From positions 1 through 54,395 of the forward strand of contig SKYF01000046.1 of NCBI GenBank assembly GCA_007128005.1: a DNA stretch of 54,395 bases, in the 5' to 3' direction. Position 1 is the first letter of the stretch; the number at the start of each line of letters is the position of its first letter. The DNA comes from Bdellovibrionales bacterium. GTDB lineage: Bacteria; Bdellovibrionota; Bdellovibrionia; Bdellovibrionales; UBA1609. The notes beneath the pieces were generated by a model, which worked only from the letters and a program-made list of their open reading frames with translations, had not been told where the DNA came from and did no database searches. Position numbers and translations under genes: made by a program. Of the stretch, positions 52,689-54,395 are shown piece by piece.

Positions 52689-53684
52689 GTGTTCTTGCCC
52701 CCAATAGCTGAGAAGAATCTATCCATTTTGCTGCATTACAAACTCAAGTACCTGAAATCACTTGATTATCAAAAAACTGCCTCCCCGCTCACCCTCAAAT
52801 CCTATACAACGGATCTAAGCCAGTTTTTAGACCCCTTGGGGGGAGGAAAAGATTTATACCCCCCGGGCCATGGAGAAAAGAATGGGAAAACTTTTCCGCC
52901 GAACATAGACCCCATGGAGAGTTTACTTATAGATCTAGCGATGCGGGCTCTAAAGAACTGGTCCCAGCTTAAGCCCTCATCCAAACAACGCAAAGTCGCC
53001 TGCCTACGGAGCTTCTTTAGATGGCTCTTTCTGCAAGGACACCTGAGCCATGACCTCAGTTTAAAGCTCAGAGGAGTCAAAGCCGCCCCGGCCCCACTGC
53101 CCCACTATATCTCGGTGGATGAAGCCATGGCACTTGTCCAGTGTCTTGAGGAAAGCCCAGAGGGCTCTGCTCACCGGAATTCCGCGGCCTGCCTGATTTT
53201 TTTGCTCTATGGGGGAGGCTTGAGAGTGTCCGAGGCCTGCCGACTCAAGTGGGAGGATGTGTTTTGGGAGCAAGCCAGTGTTCGAGTTCTGGGCAAAGGG
53301 GGGCAAGAGAGAGTTGTGAGTCTGCCCGATCGGAGCCTCACTTGGCTGAGAAAATTGCAGGGAACTCAGGGAAGCTCTCTGCACATATGGGGCCCAAAGG
53401 CCCTCAACCCCAGAACCGCCTATGAGTGGGTCCGGCAGTGGGGCCTGAGGGCGGGGCTGGTGAAGCCCCTTCATCCCCATGCCCTACGCCACAGTTATGC
53501 CACCCATTTGTTGACCAGCGGAGTGGATCTGCGTCTTTTGCAGGAGCTTTTGGGCCACCAATCTCTTGTGGCCACCCAAAAATACACCCATCTGAGCCTA
53601 GATCACTTGTCCCGAACCATGGAGAAACACCATCCTCTGGGAGAGGGGTCAAGCAGCAGAACTAAGCGCAGCAAGGCGATGTGA
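52689..53684 (+). CDS. XerC/XerD-family tyrosine recombinase
   Basis: Complete catalytic set: GLRVSE, GKGG, HPHALRHSYATHLL, LLGH, TQKYTH; N-terminal SAM-like region (T..SY..DL..F). Exact start uncertain. Confidence 0.9.
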   Translation: MFLPPIAEKNLSILLHYKLKYLKSLDYQKTASPLTLKSYTTDLSQFLDPLGGGKDLYPPGHGEKNGKTFPPNIDPMESLLIDLAMRALKNWSQLKPSSKQRKVACLRSFFRWLFLQGHLSHDLSLKLRGVKAAPAPLPHYISVDEAMALVQCLEESPEGSAHRNSAACLIFLLYGGGLRVSEACRLKWEDVFWEQASVRVLGKGGQERVVSLPDRSLTWLRKLQGTQGSSLHIWGPKALNPRTAYEWVRQWGLRAGLVKPLHPHALRHSYATHLLTSGVDLRLLQELLGHQSLVATQKYTHLSLDHLSRTMEKHHPLGEGSSSRTKRSKAM

Positions 53685-53709
53685 CAGGGGCAAAAAATCT
53701 TGGTAGTTC

Positions 53710-54273
53710 ATGACCATGAAGTCCTCTGCAAGCTCCCCAACAGGTAAAAATAAAGCCGTGTTCTTAGACCGAGATGGAACCATTATTGAGGACAAAATCT
53801 ATCTCAATGACCCAGAGCAAATTGTCTACTTACCAAAAGTCTTTGAGGCGCTTCGTCTGCTCCGCGATCAGGGCTATATTTTTCTGATCGCCACCAACCA
53901 GTCTGGAGTGGCCCGAGGGATTGTAGATATAAACAATCTTCATGAAATCCATCGCCGCATTCGGGCTCGCTTCAGTCAAGAAGGGGTCGACCTTCTTGCC
54001 TTCTATTATGCCCCCTATATGACTCATACGGACCACCCCTTAAGAAAGCCCAATCCGGGCATGCTGCTGAGGGGGGCCTTGGATTACAACGTAAACTTAA
54101 GCCAAAGTTGGATGATGGGAGACCGGATGATTGACGTTGAAGCCGGCCACCGCGCCGGCTGCAGGTCTGTCTTATTGGGCGACAGGGAGACCCCAGAGGG
54201 GTCCATTTACGCCCCTCCAGAAATTTGCTCCCCAAGCCTCTATGAGGCAGCTCCTAGAATGACTTCCCCTTAG
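53710..54273 (+). CDS. gmhB: D,D-heptose 1,7-bisphosphate phosphatase (HAD IIIA)
   Basis: AVFLDRDGTI, TNQSGVARG, RKPNPGML, MGDR..D.EAG. Confidence 0.88.
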   Translation: MTMKSSASSPTGKNKAVFLDRDGTIIEDKIYLNDPEQIVYLPKVFEALRLLRDQGYIFLIATNQSGVARGIVDINNLHEIHRRIRARFSQEGVDLLAFYYAPYMTHTDHPLRKPNPGMLLRGALDYNVNLSQSWMMGDRMIDVEAGHRAGCRSVLLGDRETPEGSIYAPPEICSPSLYEAAPRMTSP

Positions 54274-54395
54274 GCGCGGACCTCCACAAAAAGCCAGAAT
54301 TAGGGCCCTCAATTTTCTTAGGACCCAGGTGCCTTCTTAAAAGAATCTACATTGGGATCACAGGGATCATCATTTAAGGTCACCCTAACGCACCA

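Noticed and set aside
52689-53684. Tyrosine recombinase as marker of a prophage, integron or genomic island
   Set aside because: Sequence is XerC/D-like, flanked by housekeeping genes, with no att repeats, cassettes or phage genes visible.
54274-54395. Possible 3' end of a minus-strand gene at the window edge
   Set aside because: Only about 25 open codons with no recognisable motif; cannot be supported.

Overview
Bacterial chromosomal window, most likely from a Bdellovibrionota-like (former deltaproteobacterial) genome; this is inferred from protein style and gene order, not measured. About 31 kb (5480-35829, minus strand) is the core translation/transcription supercluster: tRNA-Thr/Tyr/Gly/Thr, tuf, tRNA-Trp, secE, nusG, rplKAJL, rpoBC, rpsLG, fusA, then the S10, spc and alpha operons. 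rplX, rpsN, rpsD and rpmG (also infA/map) are absent from their usual slots, and the str-operon EF-G has lost its domain IV translocation motifs. The left flank holds the 5' end of a DUF222/HNH-type gene missed by the ORF track, preceded by about 700 bp of strongly self-complementary non-coding DNA. It also holds a stand-alone CHASE2 protein, mltA, a GT9 heptosyltransferase and a TlpA. The right flank holds rlmB-like, pyrF, proS, an NtrY/NtrX-like pair, ribH, a RibB fusion with a degenerate cyclohydrolase II domain, ribE, clpB, an alpha/beta hydrolase, a flagellin preceded by a strongly SD-led 8-codon leader ORF, a histone-H1-like basic/acidic protein, a sensor-less sigma54 activator, a XerC-like recombinase and gmhB. 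No CRISPR array, rRNA or recognisable transposase was seen. All calls come from motif recognition by eye; no database search or folding program was run.
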